This document shows, piece by piece, positions 36,328-50,505 of a stretch of DNA of 64,000 nucleotides. A program made the translations under genes and the position numbers. Position 1 is the first letter of the stretch. Every line of letters starts with the position of its first letter. Location of the stretch: contig JBEWZL010000244.1 of the NCBI GenBank assembly GCA_045837725.1, forward strand, positions 434,001 through 498,000, read 5' to 3'. The notes beneath the pieces were generated by a model. That model was not told where the DNA came from, searched no databases, and saw nothing but the letters and a program-made list of their open reading frames with translations. The stretch is from Vermamoeba vermiformis (Eukaryota).

Positions 36328-38334
36328 TCATACAAGCAATTCTAGAAACAGTACAAGCAATACTGCTCCAAGAGTAAATGTGCTGGTGATCCTGCTAACG
36401 CCTGATACTGTTGTTGAAGGGCTAGTTGGCTCTGGGAGGACCACAATTGTGGGAGGCATGGGCTGATAGGGTGGAGGAGCAATGCCTGCAAGCCAACATT
36501 AATCAACATCAGATTCAAATATTTTTATGATGACTTACCTGATTTGGCTGAATCAATGAGCAGGTATAGCTCAGAGCCAATTCCCAAATCAGCTCCATCA
36601 GATCCAATGCCTTTCCAAGGACTGCTACTTTGAAGAAGCCACTTATTGTCAAAATTCACATCTGCAACTGTGGCAAGTTGAAATGTATTGCTTGGTGGAT
36701 TCTGATCAGTGCCAATGAGTCCATTGTGAAATAAATACTGATCCCCTAAGTACTGCTTAAGAATGGATGTACTATCCTTGTCAAAGCCAGTGTCATAGTC
36801 AGTAAAATCACCAGTAATTGCTCGAGTTTTGCCGAAGAAGATGTTGTCCTTGAAGTTAACATATTGTTTTGGTGCTTTGCTAGACAACAGTACTGTACTG
36901 TGCCTGTTGATGGTACTGTTTTCACGTGGAATGAATGTGTTGTGAATGAAGTCGACGAATAAATTATCGTGATGTAATCCAATCACTCGATTAGCTTCAA
37001 TTATATCCAAGAATAAATTGTTTCGAACCAAAATTCTTTGTGCACGTGAAATTGTTGTGTCGAAGAAAAAAGGTTGGTTCTTGTCAGTGGTCTGATAGGG
37101 AGGAAACCAAGATAGGCATTTTGAGCAGATGATCAATCCTATTGCAAGGTGTTAATGCATTCAAACAAGCTCGACAGTTAATACCTCCAGCACAGTTTTG
37201 AATTGTGTTGTTGCTGACAATGATGTCCTGCACAATTGCACTGGGATTTATTCCAGGCACCCAGCCAGGGAGCAATGGATTGGCAACTGATAGAATAACA
37301 GCAGAGTGCAGAGAATTTTCTACAATTCATTATCAATAAGCAATACTTGAATGGGTATGACGTACCAAGAACATTGCCATCTACCAGTACACGTTCGGCG
37401 TTTGAGAGTTGTACTAAGGGATAGGGTTTCCATGAGTCATCCCAAGTGGTCAATTTTGTCAATACATTTCCTCGAATTTCAATATCTGTAGCTACTTCGA
37501 ATGAGCCTGCAAACACGTTGTATCCAGAGCTGGCAATGAAATTGTTTACAACACGAATCACGGAGCCCGCCTTCACTTCAATGCCCATGCTAGCTGTAAT
37601 TGCAATGAGACAAAGTTCTCAAGTTATCTGCGTACCTCCACGGAAGAGCAGCTCCTCAAAATGTGAATTTACCACTCCAATCCAGTCTCCAGCAATGATT
37701 ATACCCTTCTTGATGTTATTAATTGCAGTACCGGACATGTAGCATTGATCAATAATGATGTGCGATGGCAACGATTCTCCGGATGAAATTGTAGTGTTGT
37801 CGCTGCCATACACACCAATGTGTACGATGCTCGGGGCCGTAGATCCAGCGCTGCGGAACTCAACTCCGCGTATTCTGTAGTACGAAGCACCAGGAGCAAC
37901 ACTAAGTACGAGTCCATTTGCTTGCAGTTGCGGGAGTACCACGTTGGCTGGATTTAGGCGAGTGTTCGGTGAAGGAAGCGAACTGACATCTTTAATACGA
38001 ATTGTAATATAACTACCAGCGTTGTTCTTGTTTGGCAAAATAAATGGACTGCCATTCGCCGTTGAATACACTTGCCCAGGATCGAGGCAAATTACGTCTC
38101 CTGGATTCGATGAGATTAAAAATAACTATCGAATATTCGTTTACCTGGTACTGCGCTTTCAATTGCGGATGAGAGTGCTCCTGGGGATGATAGAGGATTT
38201 ATGGTGCATTCCGCGCTATCCGAATTGGTTTCGAATAAATTCTCAGGCTGCTTCGGAACGAAAAATTCGGCCCGACAAATGTACGCAAGGCAGAATAAAC
38301 TGATGGCCAGCCGAATTGCGCTGGAAGAGTTCAT
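36328..38334 (-). CDS. Secreted right-handed beta-helix (pectin-lyase-like) protein with C-terminal GPI-like tail
   Basis: Signal peptide; AIESAVPGDVICLDPG; LPNK..YITIR; HIIIDQCYMSG; DIEIRGNVL; NAERVLVDGNVLE; DIIVSNNTI; LLQSSSPWKGIGSDGADLG. Four GT-AG introns restore one frame. Pro/Ser/Thr stalk and hydrophobic tail. Confidence 0.78.
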
Positions 38335-38504
38335 TCGTGGACTTGTGGTAATTATGACAACGTTTGTTTATAAAAACAGAACATTTTTGGACTGCGTAAC
38401 AGAAAACTTAAGCGAAATTTACACTGCGGTACCAAGGACCCGCTGTCTAAAGTTATTTATAGATTCCGCTTTTTCCGTCCGCTTATTTTATGCAATTTCA
38501 ATTC

Positions 38505-40859
38505 ATGACCACGTTGCAGATGCGGCAAGTTATGCGATCTGTAATTAATCCAACGGTAGGAAATTCGTATAATTACTTTATTCGCTTCTACTTATAGTCT
38601 TTCAAATAGATTCTGTTCTTCGGCTTAATATCGGCGATATTTTGTCAGCCGCAGTTCACTAAATTGCGGATTCAAAGTGTTGAATTGGCGATGTATCCAC
38701 ATGGAATTCGCGTTCCGTATTCTGGCCAGTTGGAATCCGTTTCGTTTAGCGCCGGAGGACCCTTTTCGTGCGATTATGGCATCGGTCCGGAGCCTAATTC
38801 AGTTTGGATAAGAATTAACGGTGGATTAACTACAGTCACCGATTATCTTGCTCCAGACACGTACGAAGGTTGTCAAGGCATCTTTCGCATTGGTGGTCAA
38901 GATTATCCTTTTTCAGTAGAGTTGACAGTACATCACGGGGCGGCAGTTTCCGTTACAAATAACGCGGGAGTGGAGGACGCAGATTTGCCGCATTGTCAGC
39001 CTAAATCAGACAAACCACGAGTGTTTTATAGCGAGAATTGCCAAGAATCAGATTTGCGACCTGGTGGCTCCTTCAACATGCCTCAAATTGGCGGTAGCTA
39101 CCGCGATTCTTTTGGCACAAACATTCGCGTTCTTACGTACGGATCTGGCAACCACTACGCATCCATAACTCCTTTTAACCTGGACGAGACTCTTGTGCTG
39201 CTAGAGGATGCAATATACAGGGTGGCAGACGGCGTTAAGATGTACACTTACAAGCCCGACAACGTTTGTGGCCCTCAGTGTTGGTTCGACTTTGTTCCAG
39301 GGTATACCAACACCCTCACGTGCTATGATGAGACTTTACCGATCTACGGAGGAAATGCTAGAATCATGCGCTACACCTTGCCTGATACGTGCGAGAGCCC
39401 ACCTTGTGCAATTGACAGCGGCGTCGAGATATACAAAGCACCCGCGCCGTACAACCAACTCACAAAGGGCGGCACTTCGGGGCCCACGACTGATGGTTGG
39501 AATGTGTGGGGAGAGTCTACATGGATAGGTACCGAACAGCAGTACATCTGGCGAATCTGCGCTGCTAACCTGGCAGTTCCGCCAGGCATGGTAAACCCTA
39601 TTTGCTACTCGGACTTCAAAGGGCGAACAGGAATGGATTCGTTTGACTACGTGACAATAAGTAAGAGCTTTGACAAGTTTGGTATCCGACACATTCTTGC
39701 GGCGAGTGCAGATCCGACTGCTGGAGTTTTTGCCTTTTCGAAAGGAGATTCAGAGCTGACTTTCTACAGTAATGGGCTAGTACGAGGCGATTTCTTTAAT
39801 AACCGTCGTATGCGTCCAAAATGCGAAGATGGTGTAGAGGACGTCAACTTCTGCATGAGAACTCCTCACGGAGACACCCTCACTGCAGACGGCAATTCGT
39901 ACTTTGTAGGTGATGGAGGGCCACAAATTCCGTATGGCGGGGGACCTAATTCTTGGCGTCTATCAGGCGCTCGACCTGAAGAAGATGGAGGCAAGAAGTG
40001 GTACGTGGATGAAGAGCTCGGTGGGGGTCAGCAATATCTCGGAGGTTTTGGTGGCTACCTTGGCTGCGCTCTTTTCTCTCCGATCTGCGTTACAACGGAT
40101 TACAGTCTGTCTAGAGCCCCCACTGGTCTCGGAGGCTCTCCTAGTTCCTGTTCCGGCGGTGTGTGCACTCTTCGCACAAGTTCCGATCACACGTTTTCAG
40201 TTGGTCAAGAGATTCTGATTGGAGCAAACACAGTCGGAATAACTCCGGGAACGGTAGCAACAATAGCTAGCGTACCTAGCTCAACATCTCTTACGTTTTC
40301 AAGCTCGGTAGTTGGCGAGGGAAATAGCGGATGGATTATTCTTAACCAGAAACTTGATTCCAATCCCGGAAATGAGTTGGCAGTAGTTCGCAAATTTGGC
40401 AGCCTTGGCGTTCAAATACACAGATTTGCCGATGTTCGTACAGTGTCATATTTTGGATATGGCGATTATCCCAAGCCTTGCATATCGCCCAGCGGACGCT
40501 ACGTTCTTTGGGGAGCCAACAACGGTATTCCAGGAGTGGGGTACGCGCTGATCGCAGAAACTGGACTCGGCACGCCTCCAACTTCTTCTCATTTCAACTC
40601 TTCTGACACCTCCGTATCCGTTCAACCCTCATCCTCGGAGTTACAATTCACTCTGAACATACCAGATCCAACCAAGACTTGCACATTGCGAGTTTCCGAA
40701 AACATCAGTTTGCGAGGAGGCAACTTGAAGACACAGTCTGTGCCATCCGGATCGTCGCAACAAACCCTTACGGTCAGCGGCCTTCAAAGTGGCACCCAGC
40801 ATTATTGGAGAGCGCAGTGTGGAGTCCACATTGCCGCAGGAACGGTAAATACCTTGTAA
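38505..40859 (+). CDS. Large secreted Cys/Gly-rich beta-propeller-like protein with C-terminal FN3-like domain
   Basis: A 2.25-kb uninterrupted exon (38610-40859) is preceded by a probable short exon 38505-38555; together they form a signal peptide (..ILFFGLISAIFC). PQIGGSYRDSFGTNIRVLT, ISPSGRYVLWGAN, and C-terminal LTVSGLQSGTQHYWRAQC. Confidence 0.7.
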
Positions 40860-41502
40860 TAGTACTGTTCGGTAAACTGGTATTTTGCGTCGAGAAAATT
40901 GTTGTTTAGAAGCCCACGTTTGATAAATAAACAATGCCTTGTCATTAAAGGCTTATTAATGTGTGTCCCTACAAGGCTAAGCTGAAATCAAGGAACGGCG
41001 GTGGTTCCAACAAAAAATACAATTTGAATTTTTTTGTCCGTTACAGATCAAGTGCACGCTTCACGAGATAAACAAAGTAATAGATGTATGCATCACGGTC
41101 CATTTGCTATAAGAAGCTGAAGCACTTCTTGTCAAAACCAAACGTAAAACAAAGCAGATGTTTGCAACGGAGGTGGAAAGCGACAGGTTCGATACACAAT
41201 TCCAGAAATAATTTAACAAAATTAATGGAGAATTATCATGAATTATAGAGGCTGCTAAACGTGTTTCTAAACGAGATGCAGAATTATTGTCAATGTCACT
41301 CGCAGAGGTAATCAAACCAGTTAGTTCCGCCTAAATACAATCAAATTATATTATTTAATGACGATTATTGGTACTTATATATTATTTGGACGATATGCAG
41401 TGGATAAGCTGTATGATCACGACTCGAACCACTGGTCGTCCTTATACGCACTAATAATGATCTATTAATTGTATATATTCACCTACATAATATTTTATAT
41501 CT

Positions 41503-44264
41503 TTGGTATTGACATCCGTTTCGAAGGCACGAGATGCGCTGTTGGATGGCAAAACTACATCCAAAGAGCTCGTGGAAGCTAGTCTCCGCATGATTGAACG
41601 CACTCAACCATTATACAACCACTATATATCCGTACAAAAGGAGCAAAGCCTTAAAGCCGCAGATGAGTTCGACCAAAAAAGATTAAAAGGTACACATTAA
41701 TCTCGAAAAGTTGAGCTTCCATAATCTTCGTCTAGAACAAAACATTTAAATTTTTTTATTTGTTTATCTCATGTCTAACACATGCCACAGGGCATAAAGT
41801 AGGGCGTTTGGCTGGCTTGCCTATCGCGGTCAAAGACAACTTTGCCGTAAAAGACACGCCGACAACATGCGCCTCGAAAATGTTGCAAAGTAAGTCAGAG
41901 TTACCCTAAATACGACTATATATCATATATATATGTTATATATAATATACTACTATTATAATGCAGTACGAGCTATTGGCCATAATTTCGGCATATTATT
42001 TGTTATCGACTTTATACCTTTAATACGATTAAATGGCCGGCTGTTTGACCTCTTATTTGTAGACTTCATCGCGCCATATGACGCAACAGTAGTGGACAGA
42101 TTAAAGCAGCAAGGCGGCATTATGTTGGGCAAAACAAACATGGACGAGTTCGCCATGGGGTATGTCTCGCCTAAACACATAAATCAACGGCTAAACTCAT
42201 GCGTGGAATGCTTCTACCTCGTGCTAATACTCGCTTGTACAGGTCAGACACGATTTACTCGGTCAACGGCCCCACGATCAATCCGTGGTCCACGGCCGAG
42301 AAGAAGTATGTCGCGGGTGGTTCATCTGGTGGCAGCGCTGTGGCAGTCGCAAGTCACACGTGCTATGGGTAAGACGACTACGTAGACCTCGTTAACGCTG
42401 TCTAGAGTATACTTTTGACATTTTCGTGCTCGGTCTTTTACGCCTGGCACGACCCATTCATGAACGGAGAAAAGATGCAAATTTTTTCTTTTTGAATGGC
42501 ACAGAAGTACTTTATAGCCTTAGCAAATAATATAACACGTATACTTTCTATAATAAGGAGAAATCTCTAACTGACTTGTTTTGGACAGAGCTTTAGGATC
42601 GGATACGGGTGGATCGGTCAGACTGCCAGCAAGCTTCACTGGTTTAGTAGGCTTGAAGCCTAGTTATGGCCGCACGAGTAGATATGGTTTGGTTGCATAT
42701 GGATCGAGTTTGGACTGCCCCGCTCTCTTCAGTAAAACTGTCCAAGATTCGGCGATCTTGCTCGGTAAGTCATAGTTCGAAGGGACGCGTCATAGTTGTC
42801 CAAATTAACTATGACACAATCCGAGACTTACATGTGTATTCCAGATGTTATTTCCGGCGAAGATCCGTTAGATTCAACATCCGTTCCCGCTAAAGCAGAG
42901 ACCCAATTCGAAAATAACCTTAAGAATGTGAAAGACCTTCGCGGTGTGCGCGTAGGAATTCCATCGGTAAGTATATTGCGTGCTAAGCACTATGAATCTT
43001 TGATCTCGAACAAGTAGCATCCAGCTACGTCTTTTACCTATCATTTACTGAATATCCATCGTGCAAAACATTTATTATTACATTCCTTACCGTTGTCAAC
43101 AGGAATACAACGTAGCAGAGCTATCGGACGACATCCGGCAGTACTGGAAGGACGGCGCGAGTTGGCTGAAGTCACATGGCGCTGAACTCGTAGAAGTATC
43201 ATTACCTCACACAAACCTCGTAAGTGATGACGATCTATAAGCACTTAAAGGCCAGAACAATGCCATGAAACTTTGTGCCAATCTGACACGATCTTTAGGC
43301 ACTTTCGGCTTACTATATAATTGCACCGGCTGAGGCTAGCTCTAACTTGGCCCGATACGATGGCGTTCGATATGGTAAGTGACCACTCGTTGCGTGTTAT
43401 ACGTAATATTTGGTCTGCATCTGTGCGCGTGATCTGATGTCACTAATAGGTCACCGAACGCAAGAAGATTGTGCCACTATAAAAGAAATGATCACAAAAT
43501 CAAGGACAGAAGGCTTTGGCTCTGAAGTTCAACGCCGCATTATTGTAGGAACATTTGCTCTATCGCGCAAGTAAGTTTCGGATGGCGGTTAACTTCGACT
43601 AACTGCGAAAATTAAATCAATAATTTCTCGTGCGCTGTTATGTATTTAACTATTATACTAATAATTTATCCCAATAGATCTTATGAAAGCTATTACAAGA
43701 AAGCGCTGGAAATTCGAAGGCTCGTACTAAACGACTTTCAAGCGGTGTTCCGAAGCAAAGAAAATCCTTCAGGTGTTGATGTATTACTTGCCCCCACTGC
43801 CCCTAGCTCGGCAGGTGAGCTGAAGAATGCATTAGAGAAGACAAAACAAAATCCGGTTGATCTCTACTTGATGGATGTCATGACTATTCCCGCCAACATG
43901 GCCGGTAAGTTAAATAATTATTTTCGATGCGGACAGCACTAGTGAGTTTTCCGAACCCCAATCAGTAAATTTATTTAGCCATCCACGGAAATTGTTCCGA
44001 GAGAACAATTCTAAATTGCTAAATAGGTTCAACGCGATCTAATTTTACGCTGCGATTCGCAATGCCAATCAATTCAATCTCCTCATATCTCGCTATTATT
44101 ACATAGGAATTCCCGCAATGTCGGTGCCCTACCAACTTTCTACTGCGAATTTACCCGTCGGTCTACAGCTGATGGCGAATTACTTCGACGAAGATATGCT
44201 GTTCAAAGTTGGATCTATTTTGGAGAAGCCTTGGTCCAGGAAGAGCCCGACCATGCCAGAATAA
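41503..44264 (+). CDS. gatA: Glutamyl-tRNA(Gln) amidotransferase subunit A (mitochondrial amidase-signature); 5' end uncertain
   Basis: [104 protein letters not shown]. Confidence 0.92.
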
Positions 44265-45601
44265 ACGCCCAGAGTTCACACACGTAAGCGGAAAACTATG
44301 GAAAAGATTTAGCGCACGCTTTTGCAAACCGTAAAATTTATTTCCGACCAATCTCGGTATATATGATTCATAGATGGTTGTAAGACTGGAACGATTCATG
44401 TTCTAACCCGTTGCAAAGCGCGCATTCAATCAATCGGCATTTGCCGAAACGAAAATTCTGATCGGATTTAATGGTCGCATATCAGCATTTTGAACTCCAA
44501 TAACCTTCCATCTCACAATTTGGCCAAGTATATTAATCACATAGCCTAAATAAGTGGCGTATACTCAAGGGCAAGTTCCTTTGCCATATTTCAGTGAACA
44601 TTAGCGCATTTCACTGAATGTGTGAACTGAATGATGCGTTGTTTGAAAATATAAGCCTTTCTTTCAAGCAACGGTCCGATATATTCTGGAAATGTCTTAA
44701 CCTTATTAAGCTATCACTTCCCTCCCAACATGAGTCGAATAAGACTCCAGCGTGGGACTGAATCCACGCGAAAACGAATCATTTCAGAACAGCAATCATT
44801 ACCGTTCTGAACGACATGATAGATTTCCGTACCAGCATTCCAAAATAAGTATTCGTACCGACCGTAAAAGGTTGTCGTTGCATTTATCGTAGGTCGGTCA
44901 CGCGCAACCAACTCAGTTCCACATAAGGAAAAACATTTACTCTTTTTATCAAGAAAACTTATACGATAAATCGTTCGCAAGATTCTCTCGTTGAGATGCT
45001 CTTACATCATCATAATAACGATACAGAAGTGCTTGATCCCAAAAAATTGTTGAAAGACAAAATTTCCGGATCTTACAGCATCGTAGCGATGTCACCTGAC
45101 CTCATTAAACTACTGGCCGGGTACGGCTGAATTCAACGCACTACAAAGCGAGAAAATGAGGTAGATAGTTGCTACTACCTGTCATTCATGTCACAAAAAA
45201 TTGAACGAAAGAGTGTCTAAAACCGATTCACACCTGCTTGGATCTGACTTCAAACACCTCCGAAACAATGCCAAGCCATCAGGTATGCTCTTATCTACAT
45301 CAATCAATTAGTTTTCAACGCAAATCAGCTCTGCCGATAATTTAACACTTCGGATTTAGGTCGCGCAACTCACCGTGGGCATTAGATTGATAGAGAATAC
45401 TATCCAGGCGATTGATGGAGATATTAAATGCTTACTCTGAAGCAGTGGAACCATCACGTGCCTGTCATTTCGTCAGAAACAGATAAAAGCGCATGCACGA
45501 GAACAACTAATTGATTAAAAATTTAGTTGTGGTGAACACACGAGGGAAACAAACTTCAAGAGAAAAATATCAGTATCTCTTCTCACGTTTACGTATCAAC
45601 A

Positions 45602-47521
45602 ATGAGCTGCGCTAACCACGACGAAGTAAGTCTAAGCTTTGAAATCAAAGTGCTCATGATTGAAAAGTACCCGGAAGCGTGCAAGATCTAACGTCAAATC
45701 ATTGTTTAGAGCAAGAGAAAGATTAAATCTGTCTCTATCAGAGTAAGTTGGCTGACTACACGAACAACTGGTTCAAAATTTATTAACGGCGTTGATGCAG
45801 AGCGAAGACAAATGTTTCTGCTGCCGCTCATCCAGCGGTCAATTAGTGAGCTGCAGCTTTTGCCCAAAATCATTCCACGCTGCGTGCTTGCCTGCAGGAA
45901 TCAGCACTACCAAGCCGAGATGGTAATTACCCTTTTGGTTACAAAAATAACTTCGTTCACAACTTGCGAATTTTCCACGAGATTTGTTGTTGACGGAATG
46001 CACGCAAGGAATAATTATCCACTTTAAGTAAAATGTTACGTCGCTACCATTTTAACTAATCGGCTTACGTAAACTAGGGGCTGCCCGAGCCACAAGTGCT
46101 CTGTCTGCGGTATGGGAACATCCAAGGGACGAGGCAAACTTTACAGATGCGTTGGTTGCCCTCTCGCTTGGTGCTAGTAAGTCTTATCATTTAATTAAAT
46201 CCACGATTTTTATGCGAATTTTAATCGCGTTGTAATTTTCTGCCTCCCTAAGATCGATCTGAATCGCGAATCTAACTCCTTTCTATTTAGTGATCATTTA
46301 GAAAAAGAACACAAGCCATACAACGGTAACCCCTTCGAGTCCCTTGGTCTCAGAGTCGGAAGCTACGCGTTTGTCTTCTGCGCTCGCTGTCGGGTATGTC
46401 TTTTAGAAATGAAACTACCGAGATTTCAATAGGAAACTCGTCTGATAAATATCTCAGCTGCGAGATACGTTTTTCAATAACGGATCTAAAGTTTTGCCTT
46501 TATTTCGATCAAATTAGCGAAGGCGCAGTGAAATTCTGGTCACCTTGCTTTTCGTTCAAACATTGCTCTAATTTTTTCCGGCGCATCTAGGAGGATACCG
46601 ATGTTCGCATGGAAATGCACAATTTGGAAGAAGAGTTGCTTGAATCAGGCTCAGAAGAAGAGAGATCATGCAAGAGAATGAAAAATGCTCGCGGTCAAGC
46701 CAAAAAGGCTCGTCGCACTTATCCCGACCAACAATTAGTAGATGAAGTGAAAAGATTTATGAAAGAATACAGCAAATTGCAAAAAGATGTCGCTCAAGAT
46801 ATTGGTGCAAGGTTAGTACTCATTACACATTATTGTCGGCATGAATACCGTATTAACCATTCCGAATCGCAAAATTGAACTAACGGAATTTCTTTTGTAG
46901 TGAAAGCGTTTTGTCTCAATATATGCACGGTGTTCAACGATCAAACGGCTGGAATGTTCTCGAAAATAAGTTGATTGAATGGATGGAAGCTGTCAAGGCG
47001 GCTGAAGTTCCCGCCGCTCCTTTACCCGCTTCACCAAACAGAAAACGGAAGTTCTCCGAAGTGGCAGGAAAGTTCGACGGCGTAGATAGCCCTAGAGAAT
47101 CGTACTATTCAGACTCTGATTTCTCAACCTCGCCAAACCACGATCAAGTCTACGTCCAACCAACAACTTACCAAACCCCAGCCGCTATTCCCACTCAACC
47201 CCCCAACCTCAATATTATCAAGCCCAAGCACAACCCATGCAAGCTCAACAACGACCGCAACAACAGTCGCAACAAGCTTACAATTACATGCAACAATTTT
47301 GGGCTAGCCAAACTATGCCCGCTGTTCGCGCGTCATTTGGCCACGGTACAAATGCTCCTGCTTATTCTTACTATCCTCAAGAGTCAGCTTATTATTACGA
47401 ATCTATGATGCACCAGCAACAACCAGTTTCACACCACTCCCACTGGATGCCGACTGAACACAATTTTCCTCAACCCATCACCGCTACTACCCGTGATGGT
47501 CAATCAGTCTATTATCTATGA
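45602..47521 (+). CDS. PHD-finger / C5HCH-like zinc-finger plus lambda-repressor-like HTH nuclear protein
   Basis: Spliced CFCC..LVSCSFCPKSFHAACL..WGCPSHKCSVCG..LYRCVGCPLAWC..H. Then LVDEVKRFMKEYSKLQKDVAQDIGASESVLSQYMHG (HTH), an RKRK NLS and a Gln/Pro/Tyr-rich tail. Probable 1-nt slip in a C6 run near 47200. Confidence 0.7.
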
Positions 47522-48341
47522 AACGCTGTAAATACGAATCAACCAAACCCTCCTCCCGATGTAAAATAATAAACCTGCGAATGTAACATTATCTCGAACA
47601 AGGCGTGCAATTATACAAATAGATCGTTTTTAATCTTGTGATATTAATTGCAAAATGATTAACCACGCGACCTCGAATTTCAGCTCCGGAGTTTAAGCTT
47701 GGCAATGCACAGAAAAACCCACTTTTTAATTGGACAGATAGCTAATAGTGGTGTCTGCAAGTGGATTGTAAATGCGTTTACGGAAAACTGCGGGAAGAGT
47801 CACATAATTTTGGCAAAAGTCCGCTTTTTTTCAATTTGAACTGACATAAGTGACAGGTACGCGTCCAGTAGCGTGAATAATCATTGTATTGCCTCACTTT
47901 TCTAAAAGGATTCGGCTCTAGCTTCCTTTCAAAGGGTACTACGTAAAAGAGGAGTTTGGGCCTGTTTCGTCCCTACTTAATTCTGAGTCCGATCAACTTT
48001 GCTTGCTAATCATACCGCATGCTGGTTAATGCATAGACTGCAATGAGGCCAAGATAATCTTTCAGATTTGTCTCTTTGTGAGTCAGTGGGTGATTGTTCA
48101 ATCAAGCGGTGCCGCTCCAAAGTTGTTACGAGTACTAGACATTACTTATCTCTATCATCATCGACCTCCATTCAACTGAGGTTTTAACAGTGCGATGCTA
48201 TTCGTTTCAGGTTTTTTGTTCTTTTTGCGCGATCGAGCCAGCACACGTGTAGTTAGGATTGTTAGCTCTAGGCAGGTGTTGCTTGTGCAGTTAATATAGG
48301 CTCGCTATTGGCACCGTAGGCAAATAATACAGCGATCTCGG

Positions 48342-50132
48342 ATGGCGCTTTTTACTCGACGAAAAATCGTTGTATTATTTTTTATATTTATTTTTATCAA
48401 TGTTATTGTTCAATATATAAACTGGCGCTTCAATTATTGGCAAATTAAGGACCGAGGTAAGGCTCAAAATTTAAAAAAAAATTAAAATTGGATCTGCCGT
48501 GTGGGGCTTATTATAATTATTTTATCGCTAGCTTCGATGGTATGGGATGTAGTATTGGGTGATGACCAGCATATTGAGGCAGAGCGACGCGCTGCAGCTT
48601 TGAGTAAGTTGGCGACGGTACACGCAGCAGTTGAAGAAGCTAATAGAGTCCTAATGGCTGTTAATAACTTAAAATAGGTGCTCATAGACTACGCTTATTT
48701 GAAGAGAAGTACAATCTGCAGCGGTGTCAAGGTACGATCAGATTTTGAAACTTTACGGGAGGATCGAACGCAAACCAATGATTATCCTCCTATCGCTATT
48801 TATATTGACACGTATGTGCCCAGAGAGTGATGTTGGTGCCAATTCGTGGGCTTGGATCACCGCGATCGCTACAGAAAATTATGTTACTCCTACCGTACGC
48901 ATAGAGCCAGGGATGTTTCAAACTTTAATTTATATTAATTGTGTAGTTAACAATGGGCCACACATTGAACGTATTTTCATGCGTGAAGAAGAAGCTGGTG
49001 CTTATCGACACGAACAGAGTGAGCAAATCCGGCCAAGAAAAGTTAAAGGTAACATTCTTAGGAGTATCTTTTGCAAGATACGCTGTTGTAAACACGAAGA
49101 ATATTATTTACCCGCGTGTTTCAAGTTGTGCAGCGAATCTTTTCCCAAATTTCCTTCACACGTCTCTGTGTCTCAATTAATAGACTTTGAATCAGTTCCA
49201 GAAGGACCCAATCTGATTTTCTTTTAAAATGCAGAAAATAGGATTTGAATTGATTCCAGTCGACACACTCGACTGTGAAATGATCGCATCGAAATATCAC
49301 GTAGACATCGGTAGTGAAATCCCAGGCACCCACAATAGGTTTGATTGAATGTTGAAACAAACGGCAATCCTGTCGTGTGCTGTCTCTAATAATAGACCCA
49401 GATTCTACTGTTGGAATCAAACGCAGTACTCGAAACTCATTTACGTTGATCCGGACGTGTTAGTGCTAAGTAACATTGACGAGCTGTTTACTTCCAATAC
49501 GACATTTGGCGCTGCGTTGTGTTCTCCGCCGAGGGCTAAGGACAATTGGTGCTTCAATGCCGGGCTATTAGTTATTACGCCGTCATCCAAAATATTCGAT
49601 GGTAACTCTCTTTTTCACGCTACTTATTAGGCCTTTCACTGCCCCTATTAATCTTCAGCACGATACTAATGTTGTTCGTCTAGAAATCGTGCAATCGTGG
49701 ATCGATACAGTGCTGAAAGAGCTCAAGTGCCTTGATGACCAAAACTTTTTGTTCTATTTCTACACGCAGAAGTACGGGTACGTAGCAAAGACAAGTCATA
49801 GTTATTACTATTACTCTCTATGAGCATAATATCGCTGCGAGGCTAATTGCGTGTTTCCTTAGGTGGGAGAGGCTGCCATTCTTGTACAATGTTCGGTGGG
49901 TCATTCACTATCCTATGAAAGTATTTCATTTCGCTGGTGTTGGCAAGCCGTGGAAAGGTACGTAACTATTTTGTTTAAATAATTTACCTCGTGCTGCGTA
50001 CAGCGAGATCCATTGCTAATGGCATTTGTAGCGGAACGAAACGGTGCGAATGACGTTGTGCTGACTGTTGATGATATGCACGAGCTTTGGTGGTATTACT
50101 ACAAACAAGCATTGACAGCATACGGATTGTGA
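48342..50132 (+). CDS. Glycosyltransferase family 8 (glycogenin-like), type II membrane
   Basis: N-terminal anchor; AWITAIATENYV, YSKLIYVDPDVLVLSNIDELF (DxD), FNAGLLVITPS, DDQNFL, WERLPFLYN, HFAGVGKPWK. Confidence 0.85.
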
Positions 50133-50505
50133 GGGCAGATCCACCTCACAACTGTGTGCTTGTTAACGAAAATGTAAATAAATCGCGGTACTCTTCATGA
50201 AGAGAAGGAAGATGGGCTGGCGAAACTACATAATAAAGTCCCGTGATGGAAGGCAACTACCAGGGAGATTGTTGTCAGACGGACGATGGAGGCTGACAGT
50301 AATCGAATCCGGTGCTGGTCCATGCTTCTGTCTTCTGTAAACATGACAAAGAGAACGGTTGGTGTTGCTATCACAATCCGTTGTCATAACGTCGAAACTT
50401 GAATGCTAGTAGTTCGTAATTGGAACATTACTAAACGGTACACATGTTACTTCCGTGTGCTGCGTAAGAGTTTACGGTTCCGAAGAAAAGTCATTAATCG
50501 TCACC

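Noticed and set aside
44590-44620. TTCAGTGAA / TTCACTGAA inverted repeat
   Set aside because: A 9-bp stem only, with no TSD or other supporting context.
47195-47240. Programmed frameshift in the PHD-HTH gene
   Set aside because: The shift sits in a C6 homopolymer. A 1-nt assembly error is the simpler explanation.
50260-50390. Two hairpins upstream of copy 5 as a snoRNA
   Set aside because: No convincing H/ACA or C/D boxes, and no similarity to the region upstream of the array.
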